Source of the DNA: Elusimicrobiota bacterium
GTDB lineage: Bacteria; Elusimicrobiota; Elusimicrobia; UBA1565
Assembly (NCBI GenBank): GCA_043827405.1
Contig: JBDRPD010000053.1
Location: 130,893 to 194,892, forward strand
Length of the DNA stretch: 64,000 nt
Direction: 5' to 3'
The notes beneath the pieces are model-generated. The model was not told the origin of the DNA and ran no database searches. It was given only the letters and a program-made list of their open reading frames with translations. Below, in pieces: positions 53,592 through 63,291 of the stretch (positions within the stretch are counted from its first letter, which is position 1; each line of letters starts with the position of its first letter). The translations under genes and the position numbers were made by a program.

Positions 53592-54401
53592 CTAGGACTG
53601 ACAGCGCCGGCACCAGTAGGTCGAGCGGCCGGCATGCGTCATTTTGCGGATCAATTCGCCGCAGGCGCGGCAGGCCTCGCCCGCGCGGTCATACACCCTT
53701 AGCCGGCAACTGAAGTAGCCCTCGCTTCCCCCCGCCTGGCGGAAATCGCTGATGGTGGTGCCGCCGGCGGCGATGGCTTCTTTGAGTATCTTTTGGATGG
53801 CGCGGGCGAGCTTATCCAACCGGTCTTTGCTGATGCGCGAGCAGCGCCTGCCCGGCGCGATGCCGGCGCGGTGCAGCGCCTCGGAAGCGTAGATATTGCC
53901 GACCCCCACCACGACCTTCTGATCCATGATCAGCGCCTTGATGCCGGTCCGGCGCTTCTTCGCGGCGGCATGGAGATAGGCCCCGGCGAAATCTTCCAGC
54001 GGCTCGCGGCCGAGGTTCTTGAGCCAGCTGTTTTTGGCTTCCTGCTTCAAGGGACAGTCGAGAAAAAGCCCGAAGCGCCGCGGATCGCGAAATATCAGCG
54101 CCCGGCCGTCCCTCAAGCGCAGGGTTATATGATCATGCTTGTCATCAGGCTCGCCGAGGCGCCAGGTGCCGGTCATCCCGAGGTGGTTTATAAGCGTCAG
54201 CCGCGGGGTATCTATAAGCAGGTACTTGCCCCGGCGGCGCACCGCCATAATGCGCTGACCCTTGAGCCGCCGCTTGAGACCGGCCGGTATGGGACGGCGC
54301 AGCTTCCTGCCGCTGAGCTCCAGCGCGGCGATGACGGGCTTGTTTTTGAGCAGGCGCGCGAGCCCGGCGCGCACGGTTTCGACTTCGGGGAGTTCCGGCA
54401 T
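53592..54401 (-). CDS. mutM: formamidopyrimidine-DNA glycosylase
   Basis: MPELPEVETV, RRGKYLL, HLGMTG, DPRRFG, GVGNIYASE and C-terminal CRAC...CRRCQ zinc finger. Confidence 0.97.
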   Translation of the reverse strand: MPELPEVETVRAGLARLLKNKPVIAALELSGRKLRRPIPAGLKRRLKGQRIMAVRRRGKYLLIDTPRLTLINHLGMTGTWRLGEPDDKHDHITLRLRDGRALIFRDPRRFGLFLDCPLKQEAKNSWLKNLGREPLEDFAGAYLHAAAKKRRTGIKALIMDQKVVVGVGNIYASEALHRAGIAPGRRCSRISKDRLDKLARAIQKILKEAIAAGGTTISDFRQAGGSEGYFSCRLRVYDRAGEACRACGELIRKMTHAGRSTYWCRRCQS

Positions 54402-54403
54402 GC

Positions 54404-55003
54404 CTACTGCGTGCCGTAAACGCTGATCAGGTAGCGGTAGAACTTCTTGGCCTGCTCTTCTTGATCGAAACTGAATACGTCCAGCCGCTCGCCGTCCCGG
54501 GTCAAAAGCGACAGGGGATAGGAGATGGTGGTGCTGCCCTTGAAGGTGGCTTTGAACTTGGCCTGGTCGAAGCGCTTCATCTCCTCCCGGGGAACCGCAT
54601 AGGACGTCGCCAGCGGCATATAGAGCGGTCCGCGCTTGACCTCCAGCCGGTCGCGGCGCAGCAGCACGGCGGTGCGGTTGAACAGGCAGGCGGCCAATGG
54701 GTAGAGCATGAAGACGAGAAAGCCGAGCAGCCAGCAGTTCCAGCGCTCGGTCTCCAAATACATATTATGCGCTCCGAAGCCGACCATGACCATGACCCCG
54801 ATACATCCCCAGGCCCCCCAGCGGTTCTCGCCGTGATACCAGGAGCGGTCGATGAGGTAATACTCGCCGCGCTTGTCGGGCCGGAAGCCGTCGACGCCCT
54901 CGGGCGGAGCGGAGTCCGCGGCCGCGGTATTGTAGCGGCCGCAGCCGGCGCAGAAGTCCTCGCTATTAGCGGGCTCGCCGCAGGCAAAGCAGGTGTTGTT
55001 CAT
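54404..55003 (-). CDS. hypothetical membrane protein with N-terminal zinc ribbon
   Basis: CFACG...FCAGCG followed by two TM segments. Confidence 0.65.
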   Translation of the reverse strand: MNNTCFACGEPANSEDFCAGCGRYNTAAADSAPPEGVDGFRPDKRGEYYLIDRSWYHGENRWGAWGCIGVMVMVGFGAHNMYLETERWNCWLLGFLVFMLYPLAACLFNRTAVLLRRDRLEVKRGPLYMPLATSYAVPREEMKRFDQAKFKATFKGSTTISYPLSLLTRDGERLDVFSFDQEEQAKKFYRYLISVYGTQ

Positions 55004-55008
55004 ATCGG

Positions 55009-56496
55009 TCAAGGCAGCTCCCGAATCCGCACGGTCTCCTTGAGGTAATCGCGGATAAGCTCGATCTTCTCACCGCTTGCGGGATTTTCAAACAAACGCG
55101 ATTCGCGGAGCACGCTCTCCTTCATCGGCCCCGCGGGCATAAGCAGCTCGCCCAAAGCCGGCTCGCGCTTTTTCCCCTCGGAGGTAACGATCTCGGGGCG
55201 ATGGTAGCGGCTCATGCGCATGGCGCGAAGCGACGCGGGATGAGACGCCGCGTCTAAAACCGCGAGCAAAGTCTCGATGGTGGCCTCTCCTCCGGAATTC
55301 ATATTCCGGCGCGGCAAACCCTCTTTAAGAGAAATGCCGTCATAACCGCGGCCGGTGGCCGGATCATACATCGGTTCACCGGTGGAATTATTCCCGTAGA
55401 ACCAGGAGGCCAGCAGGCCCGCCAATGTATGGTAGCGTTCCTCGCCCGTGGCCAGGCCCAGCGCATGCAGGTCCATGACCGCGCAGCTCTGGGCATAGGG
55501 GATGCGCTCGAAAGCGCGGCTCTCGCCGCCCCATGCGATTTTGTACGGAATCTGTACCACCGCCAGATGGGAGAGCCATTGCTCCGCCTCCTGGACGGCC
55601 GACTCAATAAAATCCTTGCGCCCGACGACCTTCCCGGCATAGGCCAGGGCATGAACCTGCCGGTTTCCCCAGCCATGCCAAAGCTCGGGCTCCTGAGCCC
55701 AGGACATATGGGCGCCGAAAGGCGGATGATTGAAGTCCCCGTACTGGAAAGCGGCCAAACCCTCGCCCAGGGCCATGATCAGCTCGCGGGTCTTGGGACT
55801 CGGAGCGGCCTCATGGTAGCGGGTGATGCCGAGCAGAACCACGGCGGTAAGCCCGCCGGAATCCCCGATCAGCCATAATGGGACCCGGACCGCGCGGCCG
55901 GCGAGCTTGGCCTCGCGATACTGGCCCCGCTTCTTAAGGAAGGGCTCCAGGCGCGGCAGGGTCTTGTCGAGCGCGGCGCCCAGCCGGCGCGCCAGCGCCG
56001 GATCACGCTCCTGAAAGACCGCGAAGGCCGAGCCCAAAGCCCATATGGCCCGGCCCATCCACCAGTCCACGCTTTTACGCGAGGTGCGGCCCTTCTTGTT
56101 GACGCTCAGGTCCGCATAGACGAAATTGTAGAAGGTCCCGTCTTTCTCCTGCATGCGCAGCAGGAACTCCAAATAGGGTTTGACCCGCTCCAGGATCGCG
56201 ACGTCTCCGGTGATGCGGTAATAGCGCAGCAGCAGGACCGCGGCCCGGGCGACATCGTCGACGCAGGCGACCCCTTCAAGCTCCTTGCCCTTGTTCCCGG
56301 CCCCCTTGGCGAATACATGCCGGTACTCGCCCGTCTTGATATCCCGCTCCGCATACACCGCGACCAAACCCAGGCCGTCCTGCACCTTGGTAAGCCACTC
56401 CAGATGGCCGAGATTGATTTCCTCGCGCGCGAACTGCGCCGCGCAGGGAAAGGCCGTGCATGCGCAGAGAACAACGCTTAAAAGAGTCTTCTTCAT
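55009..56496 (-). CDS. secreted (alpha/alpha)-barrel protein, putative glycoside-active enzyme
   Basis: Signal peptide; ACVDDVARAA, Q.KDGTFYNF, WW.GRAIWALG, WFYGNN, YDP.TG.GYDG and N.NSGGEATIE; divergent from a sugar ABC operon. Confidence 0.65.
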   Translation of the reverse strand: MKKTLLSVVLCACTAFPCAAQFAREEINLGHLEWLTKVQDGLGLVAVYAERDIKTGEYRHVFAKGAGNKGKELEGVACVDDVARAAVLLLRYYRITGDVAILERVKPYLEFLLRMQEKDGTFYNFVYADLSVNKKGRTSRKSVDWWMGRAIWALGSAFAVFQERDPALARRLGAALDKTLPRLEPFLKKRGQYREAKLAGRAVRVPLWLIGDSGGLTAVVLLGITRYHEAAPSPKTRELIMALGEGLAAFQYGDFNHPPFGAHMSWAQEPELWHGWGNRQVHALAYAGKVVGRKDFIESAVQEAEQWLSHLAVVQIPYKIAWGGESRAFERIPYAQSCAVMDLHALGLATGEERYHTLAGLLASWFYGNNSTGEPMYDPATGRGYDGISLKEGLPRRNMNSGGEATIETLLAVLDAASHPASLRAMRMSRYHRPEIVTSEGKKREPALGELLMPAGPMKESVLRESRLFENPASGEKIELIRDYLKETVRIRELP

Positions 56497-56536
56497 CTCC
56501 CTGCAAATTGTATGCTTTTTCGACAGAGAGTCTTTC

Positions 56537-57796
56537 ATGCGGCACACGCTTTCCCTCACTCTCTTTATGTTCTTCGGCGTTTCCTCCGCCGCGGCCGTGG
56601 AGCTGACGTATTGGCCTTCCTCCAACCCCGAGGAAATCAAGATCGCCAAGACCTTGGTGGAAGAATTCAATCGTCTCCATCCGGACATTACGGTCCGCAT
56701 GCAGCCGCTTCCGGCGACCCAGTCCAGCGAGGAGGTGCTCCTGTCGGCGATCGTCTCCGGGACCACTCCCGACGTCTGCTCCAATATCCTGCCCGCCATC
56801 ATGGGGCGGCTGACGAAAGCCGGAGCCGTCGTCGCTCTCGACCGCTTCGCGGACGGGGAGCGGGTCATCACGCGGCGCAGCGGCGCGCAAGGGGCCGGGA
56901 TGTTTCGCTCCCCGGACGGACGGCTCTATCAGATTCCGTGGAAGGTCAATCCGGTCATGCTCATCTACAATACGGAGCTGTTCGCGCAGCTGGGGCTCGC
57001 GCCGCCCAGGACCTACGGCGAGTTCATGCGGGTCGCCGAGGCTCTCACCCGGGACGCGGACGGCAACGGCCGAATCGACCGCTGGGCCATGACCGTTTCC
57101 ATCAAGACCGTCTGGTGGCAGAGATTCTTCGATTTCTACACCTTCTACGTGGCGGCCACGCAAGGCAAGACCTTGCTCAAGAACGGCAAGGCGGTCTTCA
57201 ACAACGCCGGCGGCGCGGCGGCCATGGGCTTTTTCCGCGAGGGCTTCCGGCGCGGGGTCTTTCCCATGACAGGCTTCTCGGGGGACCTGTTCGTCGACGG
57301 AACAGTGGGCATGAACGTGGCCGGCCCGTGGATACTCAAGTACTATGAGCGGCGCAAGCCGGATTTGAAATTCGGGGTCTCCCCGATCCCCGTTCCCGAC
57401 GGCCAGGCTGGCCCCGTCCACACCTACGGCGATCCGAAAAATATCGTCATCTTCAGCGCCACCCGGCACCCGGAAGAGTCCTGGGAGTTCGCGAAGTTCC
57501 TCATCAGCGAGCGGGCCGACCGCATGCTCATCGAGGTCACCAACCAGATTCCCCTGCGCCGGGGCTTGGCCGAGGACCCGGCCCTGGAGAGCCTGTTTAA
57601 AGGCCAGCCGCTGCTGCGGGCGTTCGCCCTCCAGGCGGAGCGGACCGCGCCGATGGACGAGTCCCCGCATCTGGTGCAGATTCTGGACATCCTCTCCACC
57701 CAGTTTGAGGCCGCCGCCGTCTACCGAATCATTTCCCCCGAGAAGTCCCTCGATCTCGCCGCCCAGGAGATCCAGGATATCTATGACTACTGGTAA
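56537..57796 (+). CDS. sugar ABC transporter substrate-binding protein
   Basis: Signal peptide; EEFNRLHPDITV, PDV, DGRLYQIPW..NP.MLIYN.ELF, PPRTY.EF. Confidence 0.9.
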   Translation: MRHTLSLTLFMFFGVSSAAAVELTYWPSSNPEEIKIAKTLVEEFNRLHPDITVRMQPLPATQSSEEVLLSAIVSGTTPDVCSNILPAIMGRLTKAGAVVALDRFADGERVITRRSGAQGAGMFRSPDGRLYQIPWKVNPVMLIYNTELFAQLGLAPPRTYGEFMRVAEALTRDADGNGRIDRWAMTVSIKTVWWQRFFDFYTFYVAATQGKTLLKNGKAVFNNAGGAAAMGFFREGFRRGVFPMTGFSGDLFVDGTVGMNVAGPWILKYYERRKPDLKFGVSPIPVPDGQAGPVHTYGDPKNIVIFSATRHPEESWEFAKFLISERADRMLIEVTNQIPLRRGLAEDPALESLFKGQPLLRAFALQAERTAPMDESPHLVQILDILSTQFEAAAVYRIISPEKSLDLAAQEIQDIYDYW

Positions 57797-58664
57797 ACAG
57801 CGGGCAAGCGGACGCATCGGACAGCTCTTCGTCGCCCCGTACCTGGTCCATCTCCTGATTTTCTTCGTCTATCCCTTTCTCTTCGCCTTCTACCTGCTCT
57901 TCCACCGCTGGGACCTCGTGACGGCTCCCGAGTTCGTAGGACTGCGCAACTTCGTCTTCCTGTTTCATGACGGCGCCTTCTGGCGGTCTTTGCTTAATAC
58001 CTTGGTGTTTTTGTCCATCCACATACCGCTGCAGATCGCCTGCTCGCTCCTCATCGCCCTGATCCTGGCCGAGAAAATCTTCGGCCGGACTTTTTTCCGC
58101 GCCGCGTTCTTTCTGCCGGTCATCATATCGGGCGCGGTCGTGACCATACTGTGGCAGAAGCTCTATGCCACCGACACCGGGATCTTCAATCAGCTCATCA
58201 CCGCGGCCGGCTTCGCGGCCGTCCCCTGGCTGACGAGCGCCAAGCTCGCCATGCCGGCGATCGCGGTCATGGCGACGTGGAAGAATATGGGCTTCTACAT
58301 CGTGCTGTTTCTGGCCGGGGTGCTTAATATCCCGGCCCATCTCTACGAGGCCTCCAGGATCGAGGGGGCCACCCGCTGGCAGGACTTCCGCTATATCACC
58401 TTGCCCCTGCTGCGCCCGACCATGCTGCTGGTCGTCGTCTTGTCGACGTTCGGGGGCTTTAGCCTGTTCATCGAGCCCTATGTGATGACCGGCGGCGGGC
58501 CGCTGAACTCGACCATGTCGGTGCTGCTCTACATGTACAAGCATGCCTTCCTCTTTCAGCATATGGGCTATGCGGCCACCATCGGCTTCGCGCTGGCGCT
58601 CGTCGCCCTGGCGGTGGTGCTCGTCCAGAAGCGGTACCTGGATACGGAGACCCAAGCGGGATGA
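57783..58664 (+). CDS. sugar ABC transporter permease
   Basis: FLAGVLNIPAHLYEASRIEGA EAA motif; MGYAATIG. Confidence 0.92.
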   Translation: MTTGKQRASGRIGQLFVAPYLVHLLIFFVYPFLFAFYLLFHRWDLVTAPEFVGLRNFVFLFHDGAFWRSLLNTLVFLSIHIPLQIACSLLIALILAEKIFGRTFFRAAFFLPVIISGAVVTILWQKLYATDTGIFNQLITAAGFAAVPWLTSAKLAMPAIAVMATWKNMGFYIVLFLAGVLNIPAHLYEASRIEGATRWQDFRYITLPLLRPTMLLVVVLSTFGGFSLFIEPYVMTGGGPLNSTMSVLLYMYKHAFLFQHMGYAATIGFALALVALAVVLVQKRYLDTETQAG

Positions 58665-59470
58665 AGAAGCTCCTGTTCTATCTCGTGCTCACCGCCGCCG
58701 CCGTAAGCTTTATCTATCCCTTCCTGTGGATGGCCTCGGTATCGTTAAAGCCCGCGAGCGAAGCCGCTTCCTTGAATCTGTTTTCCATGAACTTCACACT
58801 GCGCCACTACGCCGCGGTCTTCGAGAAGATCCCCATCGGCCGGGCATTGTTCAACAGCTTCGTGGTCGCCGCGACGACAACCGCCTCCATGATATTTTTC
58901 TGCTCGCTGGCCGGCTACGGCCTCGCCAAGCTGCGCTTTCTAGGCCGCGAGGCGGTCTTCATGGTGGTGCTCTTGACCATGATGATCCCGGGACAGCTCC
59001 TGCTCATCCCGCTGTTCACCTTGATCGTGAAGCTGGGCTGGACCGACACCTATATGGGCCTCATCGCGCCCACCATGATCGGCGGCATGGGCATCCTTAT
59101 TTTCCGCCAGACCTTCATGGGCATCCCCGACGAGCTGCTTGAAGCGGCCCGCATGGAGGGCGCGAGCGAGCTGCAGATCCTCATGAAGATCTTCTGGCCG
59201 CTGTCTAAACCGGCCATGATCACGGTGGGGATCATCACCTTCATGGGCTCCTGGAACGAGGTGCTGTGGCCGATGATGGTCGTGCGCAAGGCCTCCATGA
59301 TGACCATGCCGCAGATGGTCACCATGTTCTCGGTCGGGGGACAGGCCGGCGGCGAGCTGGGCGTGGAGCTGGCGGCGTCCATGGTGCTGGTTTTGCCCGT
59401 CGTTCTCGCCTACATTTTCTTTCAAAAATACTTCATTGAGGGCATCGCGACCTCCGGGATAAAGGGTTAG
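58661..59470 (+). CDS. sugar ABC transporter permease
   Basis: RQTFMGIPDELLEAARMEGA EAA motif. Confidence 0.92.
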   Translation: MKKLLFYLVLTAAAVSFIYPFLWMASVSLKPASEAASLNLFSMNFTLRHYAAVFEKIPIGRALFNSFVVAATTTASMIFFCSLAGYGLAKLRFLGREAVFMVVLLTMMIPGQLLLIPLFTLIVKLGWTDTYMGLIAPTMIGGMGILIFRQTFMGIPDELLEAARMEGASELQILMKIFWPLSKPAMITVGIITFMGSWNEVLWPMMVVRKASMMTMPQMVTMFSVGGQAGGELGVELAASMVLVLPVVLAYIFFQKYFIEGIATSGIKG

Positions 59471-59474
59471 AGAT

Positions 59475-60539
59475 ATGGCCACGGTTCAATTCGAGAAAAT
59501 CGTCAAACATTATCCGGGAAACGCCGAGCCCACGGTCCGGCCGCTGGATCTCTCGATCGCGGACGGCGAGTTCATCGTGCTGGTCGGCCCGTCGGGCTGC
59601 GGCAAATCCACTTTGCTGCGGATGATCGCCGGCCTGACCGACGCCAGCGACGGCCGCATGCGGATAGACGATACCGATATCACCCGCCTTCCGCCCAAGG
59701 ACCGCGACATCGCCATGGTCTTTCAAAATTACGCCCTCTTTCCGCATATGAACGTGCACGAGAATATCTCCTTCGGCCTGCGCATCCGCAAGATGGACAA
59801 AGCCGAGATCGCCCGCCGCGTGGACACGGCGGTCGAGATCCTGGGCCTGGAGAAGTTCCTCGACCAGAAGCCCGGCCAGCTCTCGGGCGGCCAGCGCCAG
59901 CGCGTGGCGGTCGGCCGGGCCATCGTCCGGCGGCCCAAGGTCTTTCTCTTCGACGAGCCGCTGTCGAATCTCGACGCCAAGCTGCGCACCCAGATGCGCG
60001 CCGAGATCTCGCGGCTGCACCGCAAGCTCAAGGTCACGACAATCTATGTGACCCACGACCAGGCCGAGGCCATGACCATGGCCGACCGCATCGTGGTGCT
60101 GCATAACGGGATCGTGCAGCAATGCGGCCGCCCCCTGGAAGTCTATGCCAAGCCCGCCAATACCTTTGTCGCGGGCTTTATCGGCAGCCCGGCGATGAAT
60201 CTTTTTGACGCGCGCCTGGAGGACGGGAAGCTTAAAGCCGGCGAGCTGTCCATCCCGGCGCCCAAGGGAACGGCCGGGAAGCTGGGCATCCGGCCCGAAG
60301 ATATCTGCCTCGCCGAGCGCAAAGAGGACGGCGTCCGATACAGCGCGGCATTCGACTGCGAGGTGGAATTGGCCGAGTCCCTGGGCAACGAGATCTGCCT
60401 GCATTGCCGCGGCGCCGGCCTGAGCTTCCAATCCACCCAGAAGATCAATTTCGAGATCCGCACCGGAGAGACCATCCGCATGGTTTTCGCTTTAGACAAG
60501 TTTCACGCCTTTGACGCCGACGGCCGAGCTATTAGGTAA
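59475..60539 (+). CDS. sugar ABC transporter ATP-binding protein (MalK/UgpC family)
   Basis: GPSGCGKST, LSGGQRQR, DEPLSNLDAKLR and YVTHDQAEAMT motifs. Confidence 0.95.
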   Translation: MATVQFEKIVKHYPGNAEPTVRPLDLSIADGEFIVLVGPSGCGKSTLLRMIAGLTDASDGRMRIDDTDITRLPPKDRDIAMVFQNYALFPHMNVHENISFGLRIRKMDKAEIARRVDTAVEILGLEKFLDQKPGQLSGGQRQRVAVGRAIVRRPKVFLFDEPLSNLDAKLRTQMRAEISRLHRKLKVTTIYVTHDQAEAMTMADRIVVLHNGIVQQCGRPLEVYAKPANTFVAGFIGSPAMNLFDARLEDGKLKAGELSIPAPKGTAGKLGIRPEDICLAERKEDGVRYSAAFDCEVELAESLGNEICLHCRGAGLSFQSTQKINFEIRTGETIRMVFALDKFHAFDADGRAIR

Positions 60540-60754
60540 GGGCTTCACGCCGCCTTCCCCGTCGAGACCCCTGGCGCAATCGGGGAATCCGGCTATACTA
60601 ATGATGCTGGGCGTTTGCCCGGCATTCTGTTTGCCCAGACTTCTGCGCCTCACATAAGCCGCACCCACCAGACTTCACGCCGAGCCCTAAAACAAGCCGT
60701 TGCCGCACCCAAGTATTGATTTTCGCGGTCCGCGCGACCGCTGTGGAATTTTTT

Positions 60755-61147
60755 ATGTCACATGAATATCAACGAAGCGGCATCCGCCCCGTCCGCATCG
60801 CGGTAGTCGACGACTCCCAGGACGCGGCGGAGCTCTTCACCTTCTGCCTGCGCAATAAAGGCTATCAGACCGCCCGCGCTTTCGACGGCCGGTCGGGCCT
60901 GGCCCTGCTGTCGACTTTAATTCCGGACGTGGCGCTCATCAACTATATGATGCCGTTCATGTTCGGCACCGATATGCTAATGGAGCTCCGCGCCGATCCG
61001 CGAACGGCGGGCATGAAGGTCATAATCAACAGCGCCTCTCCGCGGGCGGAGCGCCTGGCCATGGAAGCCGGCGCCGACGCCTTTCTGCATGTGCCTTTCG
61101 ATATGCGGAGACTGATCGATACCGTTAATCACATGCTGGGGAGGTAA
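60755..61147 (+). CDS. single-domain response regulator (atypical receiver)
   Basis: IAVVDDS...PDVALINYMMP...VIINSA...AGADAFLHVPF receiver fold. Confidence 0.8.
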   Translation: MSHEYQRSGIRPVRIAVVDDSQDAAELFTFCLRNKGYQTARAFDGRSGLALLSTLIPDVALINYMMPFMFGTDMLMELRADPRTAGMKVIINSASPRAERLAMEAGADAFLHVPFDMRRLIDTVNHMLGR

Positions 61148-61150
61148 TGA

Positions 61151-61921
61151 ATGGAGTCATATGGCGACTTTATTTCCAGGTGGCTGAAAGAAACGGAAAC
61201 CCAGCGCGCCAAGTGGACCGAAGAGGAAAAGTGGAGGGATTGGGATCACGCGGTGTACGAGTGGCGCCACAAGCAGAAACAGGTGAGACTCGCGATACGA
61301 AACGCGCATGAGCGGGAATTCCAGGAAGCCAAAGACAAGCGGCGGAAAGAAATGCGCCAAGGCGGCTCAATTATTAACGGTATCGGCATTTGGCGGTATC
61401 ATCGGCAGGAAGAGCTACCCGTAATTACCGAACCTCGCGAACCCGCATGCGCGCCCGGCTCGGCCCTTAAGGTGTCGGAGCCCCGCCGTGTCGAAGGCGG
61501 CTGGGTTGTGGTCGTCCGATTACTGCAGAAAAGCTGGATGCCGAGCGGCGGCGTCATGGAATTCACCATTCGCGTCCGCGAGAGCTTTTACCAGGAAATG
61601 ACAAACGGCCGGTCCTCGGTCAAGGAGCTCGTGCGCGAATCCCTGCTCTTTCTCTTTGACCGCATGCGTCCCTACCTGATGCTGCGCCGCTTTGATCTGT
61701 CTCTTATCGGCGCCTATCAGGATGATTACCGGCACATTGTCGGCTGGGAGCTGAAGAATCCAGAAGCCAATACGCGGCGCCTGCACTTGCCCGAGGTGTT
61801 GGCGCCCTGGCGGCCCGAGAGGCCGAAAGGCTGGATACCGCAGTGCTATATGAGTGACCCGGAGAAGAAGGCTCAGTATATCCGGGAGACGGCGGCGATG
61901 GAAGGGAAAAAAGAGGAATAA
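61151..61921 (+). CDS. hypothetical protein
   Basis: GGAGG RBS; charged N-terminus; the segment FYQEMTNG...ELVRES..FL......L.RFDLS.I..Y resembles a small conserved hypothetical family as I recall it. Confidence 0.6.
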   Translation: MESYGDFISRWLKETETQRAKWTEEEKWRDWDHAVYEWRHKQKQVRLAIRNAHEREFQEAKDKRRKEMRQGGSIINGIGIWRYHRQEELPVITEPREPACAPGSALKVSEPRRVEGGWVVVVRLLQKSWMPSGGVMEFTIRVRESFYQEMTNGRSSVKELVRESLLFLFDRMRPYLMLRRFDLSLIGAYQDDYRHIVGWELKNPEANTRRLHLPEVLAPWRPERPKGWIPQCYMSDPEKKAQYIRETAAMEGKKEE

Positions 61922-61969
61922 CAGACAAAAGGTGGCATAATAACTAATCCGCCCGACAAACACCGACAT

Positions 61970-62743
61970 ATGATAGGCGCAATAGCAGGCGATATTATTG
62001 GCTCAGTTTTCGAGTTCAACAACACTAAAAGAACGGACTTCCCTCTTTTTTCCGAGCGTTCAAAATTTACAGATGATTCGGTTCTGACCTGCGCCGTCGC
62101 GGACAGTATCCTTCACAAAAGCGATTACGCTGGACCCATAAGAAAGTACGCGGAAAAATACCCCAATTCCGGCTACGGCGGGATGTTCATAAAATGGCTC
62201 ATCCTTAAGAAAAAAGAGCCATACAACAGCTACGGAAACGGATCCGCTATGCGCGTCAGCCCGGTGGGCTTCGCCTTTGACTCAGAAGAGCAGGTGCTTG
62301 AAGAGGCGCGAAAAACCGCCATCGTCACCCACAATCACCCCGAGGGGATCAAAGGCGCCCAAGCGACGGCGCTGGCCGTTTATCTGGCCCGAACGACAAA
62401 AGACAAGGATACTATCCGGCGGCGTATCGAGAAGGACTTTTCCTATGATCTCGGTCGAACAATCGAAGACATACGTCCAGGGTACAAGTTCGACGTTACC
62501 TGCCAGGGCTCTGTGCCTGAAGCCATTATCGCCTTTTTGGAATCGAAGGATTTCGAGGACGCCATTCGGAAGGCGGTGTCACTCGGAGGCGATTCCGACA
62601 CCATCGCCTGTATAACTGGCGGGATTGCTCAAGCCTTCTACAAGAAGATTCCTGCGGAAATTCAGCGTGAGGTCTGGTCCCGCCTACCAGAAGACCTGTC
62701 TGAGATACTCGCGCGGTTCAACGCGAAACATCTCAGTACTTAA
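61970..62743 (+). CDS. ADP-ribosylglycohydrolase (DraG/ARH family)
   Basis: GAIAGDIIGS, FTDDS, SYGNGSAMRVSP, THNHPEG and GGDSDTIACITG motifs. Confidence 0.93.
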   Translation: MIGAIAGDIIGSVFEFNNTKRTDFPLFSERSKFTDDSVLTCAVADSILHKSDYAGPIRKYAEKYPNSGYGGMFIKWLILKKKEPYNSYGNGSAMRVSPVGFAFDSEEQVLEEARKTAIVTHNHPEGIKGAQATALAVYLARTTKDKDTIRRRIEKDFSYDLGRTIEDIRPGYKFDVTCQGSVPEAIIAFLESKDFEDAIRKAVSLGGDSDTIACITGGIAQAFYKKIPAEIQREVWSRLPEDLSEILARFNAKHLST

Positions 62744-63222
62744 TACGCTTAGAACACGAACGATCTCTCGACGAAGGGCTGGATTCCGTAGTACTTCATG
62801 AATGGTCCAAAAAAGAAGGCTCAGTGTCTTAAGGAAATGGCGGCGTTGGAGGGGACGAAAGATAAGTAGGCAGGACGATGCGACGGCTTTCACCCGTGTG
62901 GAGGACCGCAGTTAATCTTTAATTCCTCGAAATCGCCGTTAGCGAGCGCCCAGCCGGTCGTATGGCTGGGTGCAACGACTGGCCCTAGGGCCAGTCGATC
63001 TGTTTGGCAAGGCCAGCCAACTGTCCCCGCGGTGGACGCTACGTGGGGCACTGTCCGTGGGAGACCGATGAGGGGTTTAGAGCATCCCCGCCAACGACCC
63101 CTAATTTACTCTTACAACTTCGCTTTTTCTCTTCTCTTTTCATGATTAATCCTCTTTTTATTCCCCGAACTCGACAGGGGTTGATGTTGCTGCATATTGG
63201 CTGACATAGGCGAAAACCCGGT

Positions 63223-63277
63223 ACAAAACGTTAGACAACAAAACGGGTGTCCCCGACGTTAGACAAAATGTCTAACG
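63223..63277. repeat. putative integrase arm-type binding sites (att-proximal repeats)
   Basis: acgttagacaa direct repeat (63228, 63256); inverted cgttagaca/tgtctaacg (63257-63277); acaaaacg occurs at 63223 and 63238; lies just past the integrase stop. Confidence 0.55.
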
Positions 63278-63291
63278 CCGGGGCCCCCACC

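Noticed and set aside
59475..60539. Recent duplication of the ABC ATPase at 41574-42671
   Set aside because: Shared nucleotide stretches are limited to universally conserved ABC motifs; the C-terminal domains and partner genes differ.
62836..62862. tggcggcgttggagggga resembling the reverse complement of a tRNA 3' end (att core)
   Set aside because: Lacks the TTCGAACC T-arm signature and forms no cloverleaf.
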